A stretch of DNA of 64,000 bases from Camelus dromedarius (lineage: Eukaryota). The stretch covers positions 63,800,001 to 63,864,000 of the forward strand of contig NC_087436.1 of the NCBI RefSeq assembly GCF_036321535.1, read 5' to 3'. The position numbers and the translations under genes were made by a program. Each line of letters begins with the position of its first letter. The first letter of the stretch is position 1. This document shows, piece after piece, positions 12,601-27,749 of the stretch. The notes below the pieces were generated by a model. The model had not been told where the DNA came from, searched no databases, and saw nothing but the letters and a program-made list of their open reading frames with translations.

Positions 12601-14296
12601 TTTCCACTATTTCTACATTTTCCTTCTTTATGAAAATATCTTTCAGATTCTTGATATTTTCCAATTGGCAAGAAAATAAATCTTTCAAAACTTAAAGCCA
12701 TTCAAAATTTTGAAAATCTGCTGAATAACTTGAGATGGTAATATGTGTTTACATATCTTTCTGATGATTTTAAAATATAAATATGAAATACATGACTACA
12801 ACATCCATAAAAATTGAACCCAAGTCAGAAAGTATGAAGTCTCAGTATAGGTGGCTAATTAGATTGTTTTCCATGTTACTTTTATTTAAATACATATAAC
12901 ATATGTGACATTATAAATTATGTCAAATGAGTCTGATGACTAGACATTGCATAAAAAGTTAAAATCAAAGATTTTCAAATATTTTTAAAAGTTTAGAAAA
13001 ATCCCAATTTAGCAAACTATAATTTGTTAGTTTATCTATTGATAAATGAAATAAATCTCATGTCTATTTTCTACAAAGTGAAAAGCCATGATTTCCACTT
13101 AGCTTGGATCTGTTTCTTCATATATAAATGCAGGTGCACAACCATATTTATACACAAAATTACCACCCCACTCACCATCCCCAATTTCCCTTTACCACAA
13201 TCATTTAAAATAAATTTTAAGAGAGTATAACTATAATAGAATTTCAACAGAGAATACCATCAATTGAAAATATTCATATTAAGGATAAAAATGAATTCAT
13301 TATTCAAGGATAATGCAAACAAAAGCCAACAGTAGAGTTACATTAACAACAACAAAAAAGGTATAAATTAAATTAACCCCAGCACATCTCACCAAGAAAT
13401 TAACTTTACTAACTGAATATTTAAGGTAATATAAAGATCACTGAATAAGCACATACGTCATAGGAAATACTGACCATAATAAAGGAAATCAACTACTCAC
13501 TTAAGATTTTAGATAACTAGTCTAGAATAAGTCTTTTTATGTAAACTATGCCCTTCAGGTATTTAGAAAGTTCAAATACTTTACGGTTCCCAATTTTATA
13601 TCTCTGCTGTAAGTTAATGTTGCAATAATATTGATGAATTTAGTCCCCATTAAAATTATTGGCTGATTATGAGAATATTTTATGTAAACTTACTACACTA
13701 CTGATCATCTATCTTTCAGTATTTTGCCTTTTTTTAAATTTCATTTTCTCAAAAACATAAAGATTTTTTCCAATATACAAGGTTTAAAGTGGCATCAAAT
13801 AGTTTCTAAAAGAACTACAGTAGAGAATTTTCAATATCTCATTGAATAAAGTAAATAAGCCACAGTAATAATTTGACATATGCTTGCATTGTTAAGAAAA
13901 AGAAATAGGGGGCATAGAAGCTTTAACTTTACTTTTAATTAATGTATAAAAGTAGGAGAATACATAAAATGATTAATATTTCTTGATCTCACAAAATGTA
14001 AAACAATGGCTATTTTATTCCAGAATTGTATAGCACAGACTGTTCTCTCACAGTTTATGATAGTGCATTTTCTTCCTGCTATAAGGAAAACTCCTTCCTG
14101 AGGTGAGAAAATAGGGAAAAATTTTGGTGGGAAGCAATGCTTTCACTGTATTAAACAAAACCCAAAGAAGAAAATGAACAAAAATACCTATTTGCCAAAT
14201 TCTAGGTTCATATTTCTAGCTGCACAAAGTGAAAACACTGCAATAAGGACAATGTGTAAAACCCAGCTAAAAAAGCAAAATTATCTAATGATATAT

Positions 14297-14297
<1 letters not shown>

Positions 14298-14333
<36 letters not shown>
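14298..14333 (+). repeat. (CA)n microsatellite
   Basis: Directly visible. Confidence 0.95.
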
Positions 14334-14336
<3 letters not shown>

Positions 14337-14349
14337 TTATAAGTAAGTA

Positions 14350-14840
14350 GCTTAACCCTATCAGTTAGCTTTTGGGAACTCACTGTCTTAAAACAGCAAT
14401 CTTTAACTCACAGTTCTGTGTGTTGGCTAAGCCTGGGCACAGTCAGGCAGTTCTTTTGATTTGAGGTGGGTTCATTTATGGCTCTGTGGCCAATGAGGTA
14501 GCTGTGCTTGTGAGGGCTGGCTGGCTGCTGTGTGGGGAAACAGAGTAGACTAGACCCTGGTAAGGTCATCATCCAGCAGGCTTTTCCTCAGCCTGGTTCC
14601 TGTGGTAGCTGGGCAAGCTTGCCAGAGAGGCTCTTGAGGCCTATGCTTGGAACTGGCACAATATTGCTTGTGCCATATTCTCTCATCCAAGGCAAGTTAC
14701 ACCACCAGCTCAGAATCAATAAGTGGAGAAACAGACTCCAACACATGATGGGAGAGCACCAACTACAAAATCATATTTCAAGCAGTGTGGATACAACTAT
14801 AGAAAATTTGTGACTTTTTTTTTGAAAATTACAATCTACA
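14350..14840. mobile_element. MLT1-type LTR
   Basis: cttaaaacagcaatctttaactcacagttctgtgtgttggct...gaggcctatgcttggaactggcaca. Confidence 0.65.
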
Positions 14841-17800
14841 AGGATAGATTGCATATATTCATCATTCCATAAATACTTGTTGGTTGAGTGGATAAGCGAA
14901 TAAAGCATGAATAAGTGAATGACTGAATGAAGAAGAGGTGGAGTAATATAATTCTCCTCAGTAAGGTAATAACTTCATTAATGGACATGGTCTAAATCTC
15001 CGATGTTGATAATTTTCCTTCTTTATTTATACAGATATAGACTGTTTTTGATTAAACTGAGTATTTGTTTCCTTTTTCTAGTCTTTTCTATTTGCTTAAC
15101 ATTTTCTAAGTTTCTGTTTGCTATATTTTTAATATAATTAAATTATATTAAAGAATATTGTTCAAACTCCTTTTTGAATAAAATGTTAACACTTTTGTTT
15201 CATAGTAATTGACCTCATTGAATTATTTCTGACCTCTAAATAGTTTTTTTTCCTGTCTAATATTATCAAACTTAAAATTTATAAGGGATTAAAAAACATT
15301 GTTTTCATATATAAATAAGACTAATTGCTATCAAGTAAGAAGTTTTACACTGAGAAACATTACTTTAGGCAAGCTTTCACTATATTTTCAACATCTATTC
15401 TTCCTTCTACCTCAAAATAAAAAGAATTATTTGAATAGATTTTTACTTTTTACCAAATTGTATCTTCATTTCTGCTGGTGTAGTTTTATAAAATGAAGAG
15501 CACTCTGATAATGAGCTTTTAAAAAAAATTAGAAATCATTCCAAGTTAAACATCTGCCCACATGCAACAAATCTCAAAGAAAAAGCACAGCTCAGTGAGG
15601 GCAAAAACAATGCAAAGATAATTCAATATGAAAGTAATTTTCATATGAGCTTTGGCAATTTTGCTATATAGGACAGTGTAGACCTCAAAAGTATGATGGT
15701 AAATACTTGTTCAAATGCAAATGTGAAATGTATTAGTTTAGAATGCATGCAGAATATGAACTTGATTTTGGCTGGCATTCTACTTTGGTAGGTCCACATG
15801 TTAAATTAGGTTCAGTCTCATAATTGCACCTGCATTTAGCATAGCACTACAAAAAGACCAACGCTAGGTTACTGTTCAAGCACAGGAAAGGTACAGGGTT
15901 TTATGGTCCCTTAGCTTGCTTTACTGTGTGACACTATTAAAATTTCCACAGAGCACAGCATTACACAGAGCTCAATCAGAAAAAGGGTAATGCCCCTTTG
16001 AGGGAGTTAGCTCATTTTCTTTTTATTGGTTGTAATGTGTGTGGTGCCAAGCCACTGGTTTCATCGTCATTGCTTTAAAGAGAAAAGCTCATCTAAGTCA
16101 ACAAATAAATTAAAAGGTAGCTACATCTACGAAGTTCTTTTGCTTTTTGTCTACAAGAAATTTAGTTTTGTGGTAAAGTAATCTTGTTTCTTTCATTGTA
16201 TTGTAATGGTGTTTCACAGCTGCCTCCTATGCCCTAGAGATGAAAGAAAAACAAAATTTGAATTTTAATCTCAAAATTTTCTGTGAATGAATCCATTCAG
16301 ATTTAACTCAGATTAGGATTAACAAGATCATGTATAGTAACTTCCAAGAGATAGTATGTATGCAGTCTATTAATAGTATTCAGAAGTCTTCTCTGGCTAC
16401 ACATAGGCAATAATGTGTGCGTGTATGTGTGTGTGTGCATATGCTAGTGGACATACATATGGTATGACCTGCACATACAAATTAGTGTATGTACAGCATG
16501 TACTCATTACTTTGTTTCTCTACTGTGGTTACAAACTCAAGACTTCCTTATTGAAAATGGAACCATTCTCTCTAATTTAAGCTGTAATATATTTCATTTA
16601 TAATATACATGCAAATTAATATCTTTCAACTTGATAACCCCCATTTGGCAAGTTGGTGAGTTTACATCAGAGTACAAAAATAATTTTACCATTAAATGAA
16701 ACTCTCTAAAAATACCCACATAGGTAAGTTAACATGTGAGTAATCATTGTGTATATGATTGTTATTTTTTCAAAAAACTTGGAAAAGTAGACAGTTAATA
16801 GTCTTTTTTACATATGAGGATTCTTATATTCATAAATGTGGTTTCTCAAAGCATCCAAGAATGGAGAATCAAATTTTTCTCTTTGTCAACTAAACTCTTG
16901 ACTCAGACTCACTGCCACAACAATTTGAAAGGTTGCTTTATCGATGCCATCTTTGCTTTTGGTCAGGGCTCAGAATGACTTCACAGCAATATTACTTAAC
17001 ATAAAATACAAACCAACAGCTTCTTAGTAACAAAGAAAAGTATATTTAAGTGATAATATATACGATTTCTCTTTTCATAAGTTAAATATTCTATATTTTA
17101 TTTTATTTCTTTTTTCCCAGCTTCATTGAGGTATAATTGACCTATACTTTACGTATTTATTTTCTCAAGCAGAAAATGTTTATCTAAAACATTTTGCAAA
17201 TACAAGATTTCTAATGCCAAAATGAGCTATTGAGATTATCTCCTTGATCTCCCATTCATTCTGGGATTCCTTTTTATATGTCCCTAATATCTGCTTTTAA
17301 AAAATAGTCTGGGAATAAAGGTTCATTATATCATTAGGAAGACCATGATTCTTTGTTTTCAAGGACTCATATTGAATTAATCTTCCTCACTTTGAGACTA
17401 ACCCACCAATCATAGTTCTGCCCTGTGATACCAGAGTTCTTGATTCCCCTCTACATGAGCTTCTCTCCAAATATTTAGTAGCAATTGTACCAACAAGAAC
17501 AATAATAGTAATAACTAAAAATCATTGAGTAATTTCTTCCAGGAACAGTTCTATATGCTTTGCACATATCTTTTAATGTTAACAACAATCCTACAAAGAA
17601 GACCCAGTTATTAATATTGTTTTATAGATGTGAGGAAATGGGAAAGGATATTGAAGTAATTTATCAAAGGTTAAGTAACTTGCCCAATGGCACTGGATCA
17701 AATCCAAGGATCCTGGATGCATAGCTCTTAAAGCTAACTATTGTACTGTAATAATACAGCTCTCATATTATCTTTAAATCTTTATTTCTCAAACAAGTAC

Positions 17801-19490
17801 ATTTTATTCAGCCACTTTTCATAATCAGGAATTGAGGTGTCTTCACTGTCTTTTGTATTCTTCTATGTGTACACTGCAACTTTTCAGAATTGAATACAAT
17901 AGGTGAGATGTGATATAACTGGGGTCCAAACTTGAGGAACCCTAAGGATTGATCTTCTCACTTTATCTAAGGACCACACCAGTATTAATATAGTTTAAGG
18001 TGGCATAAACTTGGGCAGACAATATTAGGAATCTTGCTGCTCTAGTAGAGGCAAGAACAGTGCAAAACTCAAAATTCATTCTCACAAACTTCTGTCAGTC
18101 AGATCTCCCTAAATCTTCACTTTATAGTTCTATTATTGGATCTATAAAAAGCTATATATTTATATACAGTAAATTTTATCTCATTCAATTTAACCTGTCA
18201 AAAGTCTTCTAAATTCTGTTCTTTCAACCTACATGTTAGCTATCTTTTTAGCACTGTATGGTGTATGTTATTATTGTGATCATCCAACAATTTCTGTTCA
18301 TTAATATTTTATTCTTGAACTAAAACAATGTTTTCAGTCTAATGGTCAGCCTAAGGTTACCAAAACATCTTATGCTTTATCCTCACAAAAGCAGTCAGGC
18401 AAAACTTATTAAAACTTAAAACTTAAAATGGTTTTGAAAACTCATCTGCCTCTCAAACATTCACTTTCCATTAAAGTTGCAAAGAAATTGCTTACTTGGT
18501 AAAGACTCACTTCCGTTCTGACTTATTCACCTATTACCTTCTAATTCATAAGATTTGTAGATGAAGAACAAACCTCTCCCAGCAGAGAATAACATTGTTT
18601 CAACTAAAAGCAGGAAACTTTATTCTTACATGTACTCTAATGGGAACCAGCATAAAGTCACTGTGATTGGAAAAATTTTTGCTTGTTTTGTTGTTGCAAA
18701 CTTTCTGCATAATTCCTATTGGCATAGTCATTTTTCTTTAAGTCACTTGGAACTTCAATTCTTTCTATGCCTCATTCTGGGATTATTTTAAAATGCAGAT
18801 GAGAAACTTAAAAAGTAATGGAAAGTAATTTAAAATAATCAGTATCATTATTCAGTTAGCATTCCATTTCCAAAGTCTTCCCATAATACTTTCAGAAAAC
18901 ACATTCATCTTGTTCCAGTGATAATTCTTGGTGTTCACCAATTAGAGAAAGAAAGAAGTCAAATACACTATAGGAAAATATAGAATAACAAGAGAGGATA
19001 AGACTTTTATTTGATGTGAACCTGGCATGTAGTAATTTCTCATTTGATATAGAGGTATGAAAAACAAGTAAAAATACAAGTTTTAAATTAATCGATACCA
19101 AAAGCCCTATATTCTTTGGTAGAAACTAGACTTGTGTAAACCTTTGAATAATATAATTAAGAATTCAACAATCCCTCTGTATGTAATTCACAGTTTCAAA
19201 TGTCTACAGCGCTGATTCTGACCTTTCTAAACCCCATTAAGCTATGTAAATACAGTACAAAGAAATGTGTACAGTGCATAAACAGTATTCTAACATCAAT
19301 CAGACAAGGACACGTTGCCTCACTGTTGTCCCCAGTGCTTGTAAGAGTGCTGTTGAGGCATTAATACATCCTTGGTATTGATTTGTATATGACAGATCTA
19401 CCATGGGACTTTTTTTGTGGCCTTTCTGTTCAATATGTGGTTTGAGGGTGACCCCTATTTATAAGCATTATTTTGATATATTAAACAATT

Positions 19491-19985
19491 TGTGATGGCT
19501 AAATTTATGGGTCAACTTGCCTGGGCTAAAGGATGCCCAGATAGCTGGTAAAACGTTATTTGGGGGTGTGTTCTTGAGGGTCTGGAAGATACCAGCATTT
19601 GATCCAGCAGACAGAGAAAAGAGATTCATCCCTCACAATTATGTGAGGGCATCATCCAATCCGCTGAGGGTCTAAATACAACAAAAAGATGAAGGAAGGG
19701 CAAATTTTCTCTTTATTTTCTTGATCTGGGACATCATCTTTTCCTGCCCTAGGACATCAGAGCTGCTGGTTCTCTAGCTTTCTGACTCCAGAATCTACAT
19801 CAGCTGGTTCTCAGACCTTTGAATTCAGACTGAAGTACACAACCAGCTTTCCTCATTCTCCACCTTGCAAGACAGCAGCTTGTGAAACTCATGCCTTCTT
19901 AACTGTGTGAGAAAATTCTTAGTATAAATCTCCTCTTATATATCCTATTGCTTCTGTTTCTCTGGAGAACTCTGACTAATAAACA
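19491..19985 (+). mobile_element. MLT2 (ERVL) solo LTR
   Basis: tgtgatggctaaatttatgggtcaacttg...cctattgcttctgtttctctggagaactctgactaat. Confidence 0.85.
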
Positions 19986-20475
19986 GGTATTACAAACATC
20001 TTTAGCAGTTTAATGAAAATAATAATCTTGAAATTTTTTGAAAAGGGAAAGGAAAGTAAAAGTCCAGGACCTCACATTAAATATCATAAAATGCTGATAG
20101 GACAGTGTTTGATTAGCTTGCTTAGTTACATTTTTTAATTACACGATATTTATTATAGAAAATAAGAAAATATAAATAAATCACCTCTACATGCATATAT
20201 GCTTATAACCATATAAACACATATGAAGAATAAAAAGGAATTAAGTACTAAATATGTTTAGAATCTGTTTTTATTAACAGTATACTTAGAACATAATTTT
20301 ACATCAAAAATATACTTCTAAAATATCATTTTGATGAATAATCAATATTTCATTTTGTGTGTAACCCAAACAAAAGTCCTTCTTGCCACAGCGTTAGGGC
20401 TTACCATGGTTATGAATTCAGAAAAAACAAAAGTAGAATTTGTTAATGGCTTGACAAAGATACCACTTATCCAAT

Positions 20476-23400
20476 TGTATTAGTTTTCTATCTCTGTGTA
20501 ACAAATTACTATATATATAACAACTTAAAACAATAGTAATTTATTATCTCATGTTTTCTATGAGTCAGGATTGTGAGTGCTCAAGGTCTTAAAAGCTGAA
20601 ATCAAAATGTCAACCTACAGAAGACCAGTTGGTCTTCACACAGGACATTCCTTCCAAAAACAGCAGAGTACACATTCTTTTCAAGTGCACATGGAAAGTT
20701 CTCCAGAACAGATTACATGCTAAGCCACAAAAGAAGTCTCAACGAATTTAAGAAGACAGAAATTATATCAAACATTTTTTCTGACCACAACAGTATGAAA
20801 CTAGAAATCAATTATAGAAAGAAAAATGGGAGAAACACAAACACATGGAAAATGATCAGCATGCTATTAAAAAAAAGTCAATGAAGAATTCAAAGAGGAA
20901 ATCAGAAAATACCATGAGACAAATGAAAATGAAAACACAACTTTCTGAAATCTATGGGATGCAGCAAAAGCACTTCTAAGAGGGAAGTTTATAGCCATGC
21001 AAGCCTACCTAAAGAAACAAAAGAAATCTCAAATAAACAAATTAACCTACCATCTGAAGGAATTAGAAAGAGTAGGGGAAAAAAGTCAAAAGTTAGCAGA
21101 AGGTAGGAAATAATAAGGATCAGAGAGAAAAGAAATAAAGTTAAGACCCCCCCCTAAAAAAATAAAAAAAATCAATAAAACCAAGAGCAGGTCTTATGAA
21201 AATATAAACAAAATTGATAAACCTTTAGCCAGGCTCATCAAGAAAAAAAGAAAGAGGACCCAAATAAAAAAAATAAGAAATGAGAGAGGAAAAATAACAA
21301 CCAATACCACAGAAATACAAAAAGTCATGAGAGAGTATGATGAACAGTTATATGCAAACAAATTGGACAACCTAGAAAAATAGACAGGTTTCTAGAAAGA
21401 TACAATCTCCCCCAAGACTGAATCAGGAAGAAACAGATAATCTCAATAGACTAATCATTAAGCACTGAAATTGAATTTGCAATTAAAAAAAAAAACAAAA
21501 CACAGCAGAAAAGGTCCAGAACCAGACCGCTTAACTGCAGAATTTTACCAAATGTATAAAGAAGTCCTAATATCTGTCCTTCTCACACTATTCCAAAACA
21601 TTGAAGAGGAGGGAATACTTTCAAATTCATTCTATAAGGCCACAATTACCTTGATACCAAAACCAGACAAAGACACCATAAAGAAAGAAAATTCCAAGCT
21701 AGTATCTCTAATGAATGTAGATACAAAAATCCTCAACAAAATTTTAGCAAACTGAATTCAACAATATATAAAAATGTTCATATACCATGATCAAGTGTGA
21801 TTTATTCCAGGGTCAAAAGGATAGTTCAGTATCCAAAAATCAACATGATATATCACATTAAAAGAAGAAAGATAAAAATCACATGATCATCTCAGTAGAC
21901 ACAGGAAAAGCATTTGACCAAATTCAGCATCCTCTCATGATAAAAAACTCCCATCAAAGTTGGTATAGAGGAAACATCTCAACATAATAAAGGCCATTTA
22001 TGACCCACAGCTAACATACTCAAGAGTGAAAAGCTGAAAGCCTTTCCTCTTAGATCAGAAGTAAGACACGGCTGCTCACTTTAACTGCTTCTTCTTTAAA
22101 CTTCTTCTAGGTATTGGCAGTTTTAGCCACAGCAATCAAAGAAGAAAAAGAAATAAAAGTGATACAAATTGGAAGAGAAGTGAAACTGTCACTATTTTCA
22201 GATGATATGATAATATATATAGAAAATCCTAAAGTATCCACCAAAAAACTATTAGAACTAATAAATGAATTCAGTAAAATTTCAGGATACAAGATTAATA
22301 TACAAAGATATTTGCTTTTCTATATATTAATAAAGAAGCTATCAAAAAGAGAATGCAAGAAAACAATCCCGTTTAAAATCACATGAAAAATAATAAAATA
22401 CCCAGGAATAAACTAAACCAAGGAGGTAAAAGACCTATATTCTGACAACTATAAAACACTGATGAAGGAAATTGAAGATGGTACAAAAAAATGAAAAGAT
22501 AGTCTGTATTCTTGGATTGGAGGAATTAACATTGTTAAAATGTCCATATTACCAAAAGTAATCTACATATTTAATGCAATCCCTATCAAATACAGTGACA
22601 TTTTTCACAGAACTAGAACAAATAACCCTAAAATTTATATGCAATTACAAAAGACCCCAAATTGACAAAGCAATCTTGAGAAAAAAGAACAAAGTTGGAG
22701 GTATCACACTCCCTGACTTCAGATTATACTACAAAGCTACAGTAATCAAAACAACATGGCACTATCACAAAAACAGATATACAGATTAATGGAATAGAAT
22801 AGAGAGACCAGAAATAAACCCATACACTTATGTGTAATTAATCTATGACAAAGGAGGCAAAAATATACAATGGAGAAAAGACAGTCTCTTCAACAAATGG
22901 TGCTAGAAAACTGGACAGTTACATGTAAAGAACAAATTTGAATATTTTGTCAAATACAAAATATACAAAAATAAACTCTAAATGAATCAAAGACCTAAAT
23001 ATAAGACTGGAAACCATAAAGCTCCTAGGGAAAAAAAAAAACAGAGTACAGTCTTTGAAATACATTGTAGCAATATTTTTTGAATCTGTCTCCTAAGGCA
23101 AAAGGAACAAAAACAAAAACAAGCAAATGGTACCTAATTAAACTTAAAAGCTTTTGCACAGCAAAGGAAACCATTGACAAAATGAAAGGACATCCTACTG
23201 AGTAGGAGAAAATATTTGCCAATGATATGACCAATAAGGAGTTAATATCCAAAATATATGAACAGCTCATATAACTCAATATTAAAAAACAAACAAACAA
23301 ACAACCCAAGTGAAAAATGAGCAGAAAACCTGAATAGACATTTTTCCAAAGAAGATACACAGATGGCCAACAGGCACAAGAAAAATGTTCAACATCGCTA

Positions 23401-24716
23401 ATCATCAGAGAAATGCAAATTAATACCATAATGAGATATCACCTCACACCTGTCAAAATGCCTATCATCAAACAGTCTAAAAATAACAAATGTTAGCGAG
23501 GATGTAGAGAAAATAGAACCCTAGTACACTGTTGGTTGGAATGTAAATTGATGCAGCCTCTATTGAAAACAGTATGCTGTTTCCTCAAGAAACTAAAAAT
23601 AGAACTACCATATGACCCAGAAATTCCACCACTAGGTATAAACTGAAGAAAATGAAAACACTGATTAAAAAGATACATTCACTCCAATGTTCACAGCAGT
23701 ATTATTCACAATAGCCAAGATATGAAAGTGTCCATCAATAGATGAATGGATAAAGAAGATGTGGTATATGTATACAATGCAATACTACTCAGCCATTAAA
23801 AAAACAAAAAACACGAAATTCTACCATTGCAACAATGTGGGTAGACCTAGAGGGTATAATGCTATGTGAAGTAAGTCAGACAGAGAAAGACACAAAACTC
23901 TATGTCATCACTTATATGTAGAATGTAAAAAATTAAACAAATAAATGTATACATCAAAACAGAAACAGACTCACAGATACAGAGAACAAACTAGTGGTTA
24001 CCAGTGGGGAGAAGAAAGGGGAGGACAAAATAGGGGTATGGGATTAAGAGATAAAAACTACTATATATAAAATAAATAAGCAACAAGGATGTATTGAACA
24101 GCACAAGGAAATACAGTCATTATGCTGTAATGACTTTAAATGGAGTGCAATCTATAAAAATACTGAAGCACTATGTGGTACATCTGAAACTAATATAATA
24201 TTGTAAATCAACTAACTTAAATGAAAAAATGAATAAATAAAAATAAAATAAAACATAAATCAGACTTTGAAAAATCAGTGTCAGCCAGTCTGCATTCTCA
24301 CCTCAGAATGACTTGACTCAGAAAGAGCCTGCTTCCAGCCCCGCTGGGGTTGGGCAGAATGCATCTCCTTGCATGGGAAAGCTTTCTTGTGGCTCTACTA
24401 TGGGTTGCTCTAAGGTTCCAGAGGCCAAACAGTATTCCTTGAGAAACGGTCCTCATAAGCAGTTGAAAGCCTGACCATTTATGTCTTCAAGGCCAGGAGA
24501 GGTATATCTGTCTGACTTCTTTGTCTATTATCTGCCAGAGGAAACTCTCTGCTTTTAAAAAACTTGCTTAAGTCAGGCCCAATCTGGAAATTTTCCTTTT
24601 TGCTGTACAATATAATATGATCATGTATTGTACTCAAAGGTTCTATTCACATCCATGGGGAAGACATTATACAAGGGCAAGAGTTATTGAGGATAACCTT
24701 AGAATTTTGCCTAATA
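20476..24716. mobile_element. MLT1-type (MaLR) LTR split by the L1 into 20476-20615 and 24271-24716
   Basis: tgtattagttttcta...acaaattac...cttaaaacaa start; the sequence resumes as gtgtcagcc...tgcattctca after the L1. Confidence 0.7.
20616..24255 (+). mobile_element. 5'-truncated LINE-1 (ORF2 EN tail, RT and C-terminal remnants, 3'UTR, A-rich tail)
   Basis: Fragments such as [38 protein letters not shown] and [19 protein letters not shown], with many frameshifts. Degenerate TSD aaatcaaaatgtcaacc / aaaatcagtgtcagcc. Confidence 0.95.
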
Positions 24717-27700
24717 CTTCAACACAAATGGGACCAGTAGTTGTTCAATTATATGGAATTAAGTTCACATACATATATAAGAAAGCGGTTCATATATTTA
24801 TAATGTAATTTTACCTAAAACAAAAAATCATATTTATTCATCAGTGTTTTTATATGGGGTCATATTATCTTTCTTAATAAATCATGCACATATTTAGTTT
24901 TGAATGCTCTAAAATGGAGGGAAGCTGATGGCCTGCAATTAAAATTATACTTTGTATCTCCTTTTTTCACCCAGTAGATTTTTTATTTATTATGTCTTTT
25001 TTTTTCAAATAACCTCATAGATCTGTATATATATAAATATATATAATAAATAAATATAATATAAAACATGACTTACACAGTCTTGAATGTTTATAATTTA
25101 CCAAGACTTTCTTTGTGGCCTGAGTAGAAATGAACTTCGTTAAGTACTGAATAGATGTTTAGAAAGTAAATGGAATCTAGGTTTTACAATAAAAAATTGA
25201 GTTAACCTATAAATGAGTGATTTATAATTTTATAACTCAAATTTGTTCCATATAACATCATATTATGACCACTGTGATAGACTGAAATAAGTATTTCTTC
25301 CATCTGGCTAAATACCTTCATTTCATTTACTTGTCTTTTGCTCTTTTCTCACTTGCTATTCTACTCAGTCTCCTGTACTCTGTGACAGCAGCTGAATGAT
25401 TTTTAGGTGTGTAATTTCTGTTTTATCTTTTTATGATTTGATCATTTGTAAAAAAAAAAAAACCCTCTTTTTCCTGTTTGGTTTCTCCCAGCAGTACACT
25501 CTCCTCCTAGGAAACCACCAGTAAGCTTGACCCACTACAAATATTTGCGCTTAGTCAATATCAAATGACTAATTTTTGCTTTTATTGAAGAGTACCATCT
25601 CCCTAGCCATATACTATGTAAAAAATTCTCTAAAGAAAAAAGCAATATTTAGTTTTTGCAGCTTTTCTCAGTGACCTGTCTAGCTGTATTAATGCTAATA
25701 GGACTGATTGTCAGTTTATTTCCACAGTCTGAGAATTCTGAAAATGACCATGAAGTCTGAAAGAATTTCACATTCTCACATAGAACTCAACAGGAATAAA
25801 TGACTGCACATTCTGTAGTACACATCAGACAATCCTGGTAATTTCTGGTACTCTCAAGTTCAGTTTATTATATCTCTGTTGATAAAATGGGGCTTTGAAA
25901 TGCTATGGCTTTTGAATCATCTGTATACTAGGAATTCATTGATAAATTATGAATGAAACACCAAGCGTAAAGTAGTGTTACTATTTGTACTGCAGAAATG
26001 AAGCCTCAAAACAGACTATTAGAGAGTCTAAAGAGTAAACTCAGGTACACTTTTCATCAAATTAAAGATGAGACAAAAGATTCATTTGACCTATGATTTT
26101 TAAGGTTAAATATATTTATGCTAAGTATCCAGAAGCAGACCTAGATTTGAGGATCTATGTGCAAATGATTTAAAAGGAAAGGCTCTTGGGGAAACCATTA
26201 AAGCAGTAAGGAAAGCAGGAGGAGGAACAGTAGGCAGGCCATCTGAGCCCAAGTCCCAGAATGGCAGCTTCCGCCTGACCCCATAGAGATATTCTGGAGT
26301 GTAAGCTGTGCCTCACAGTCGTCCTCAGCCAAAGCAAGGGGGCTGGGGCTTGCAAACACCAGCCTCCATCAGTCATTTTTTAAGTAGCATTATCCAAGTG
26401 GGCAAAGAGGCCTTCAAAATGCAAGGGCAGTCTTTCCTACTTAAATGCTTCTAGCTATTGAAAGCAAAAGCAAACAAAGTGGTGCCCTCCACACACATGA
26501 GGGAAAGGAATACTCAGAGATCTAAGTGAAGCACACAAAATAATTCTTCTTTGGGTTCCAAGATGTAAATTTGGCCAATTGTAATACTGTATATGACTAA
26601 AATTAGGCAGAAAGAATATGAAAAATGTTGCTGAAGAATAAATAAGTTTCCAGTAGTTACTTGTCATATTTGAAATATATACGGATAGAGTTTTACTCTC
26701 CTTTTTTTCATAACAAGTAGCAAAGCTTGTATACCTACCAGAGATAACAAAGGGAAAGATACGATCAGAGTAGGATTAAGCTGTCTGAGAAATACACATC
26801 GCTAATGTTCTCATGAAAAAGAAATCATTAAATCATGGAATTATTCATTGTGTCTAGGGTTAAAACACTTCAATGATAATTTTCAGTCTGAAGCTCAAGT
26901 TGCCAACTGAAGCACAGCAAGACAGCAGCAGAAGTATTAGACTCAGAGCGTTATGAGTCTCATTTGCTTACTTATGTTTAAGTTTCAAAATTAGTATGGA
27001 TCATGTTATTGGTAACAACAAGGGACTTAGGCTGCCCCCAGACACCTCCCTGCTAACTTATGTTACAGTCTCAGCCCTACATGGACCAAAGGTCCACGTG
27101 AGACAAATAGGTAAACTCATCTCAAAACAAATTTGAAAAGAATGTAAATTTGTGAAGGCATATTCATATTCAGAAGGAGCACAGGCATGGCCAATTTACC
27201 CTAGTTGTAGGGGAAGAAAGTTCTACCTAACTTAATAACTTTTCAAAAATATTTGGGGATTTATTTTTCCCTTTATTTCTTCTTTCTCCACAATTTCCCA
27301 GACTCTCCATCCACTCACCCTGGCCATTCTGTATTCTTTGCTTCAGGGAAAAGCTACAATTGTGGAGAGCAGAAAGTAAGCATGTCCCTTTCTCTCTTCT
27401 ATGTTTCCAACATTTAGCTTGTAGAAACCAGAAAGGACACTTGACAGAGAAAAAGGAAGTTGATCATGCAGATAATATCATGAATACAACACTAAATAAA
27501 TGATTAAGGGATAGATCCTCAATTGCTTTTAAATATAAAATTTGATTAATAAAAGTGCAGTACATAATTGATAAGACCAGGAGTCTAACATCATTTTTGT
27601 TGGTTTGAGTTCTGAAGTTCCTAGCCACATGAATTTTAAACAAAGATGGCTCAAGGTTTTCTATGTACTGAAATCACTATCCTGTTCAAAGTCATATATT

Positions 27701-27749
27701 TACACGCACTCAACCACAACACCCATCCCTAAACACACTTTAAAATTTA

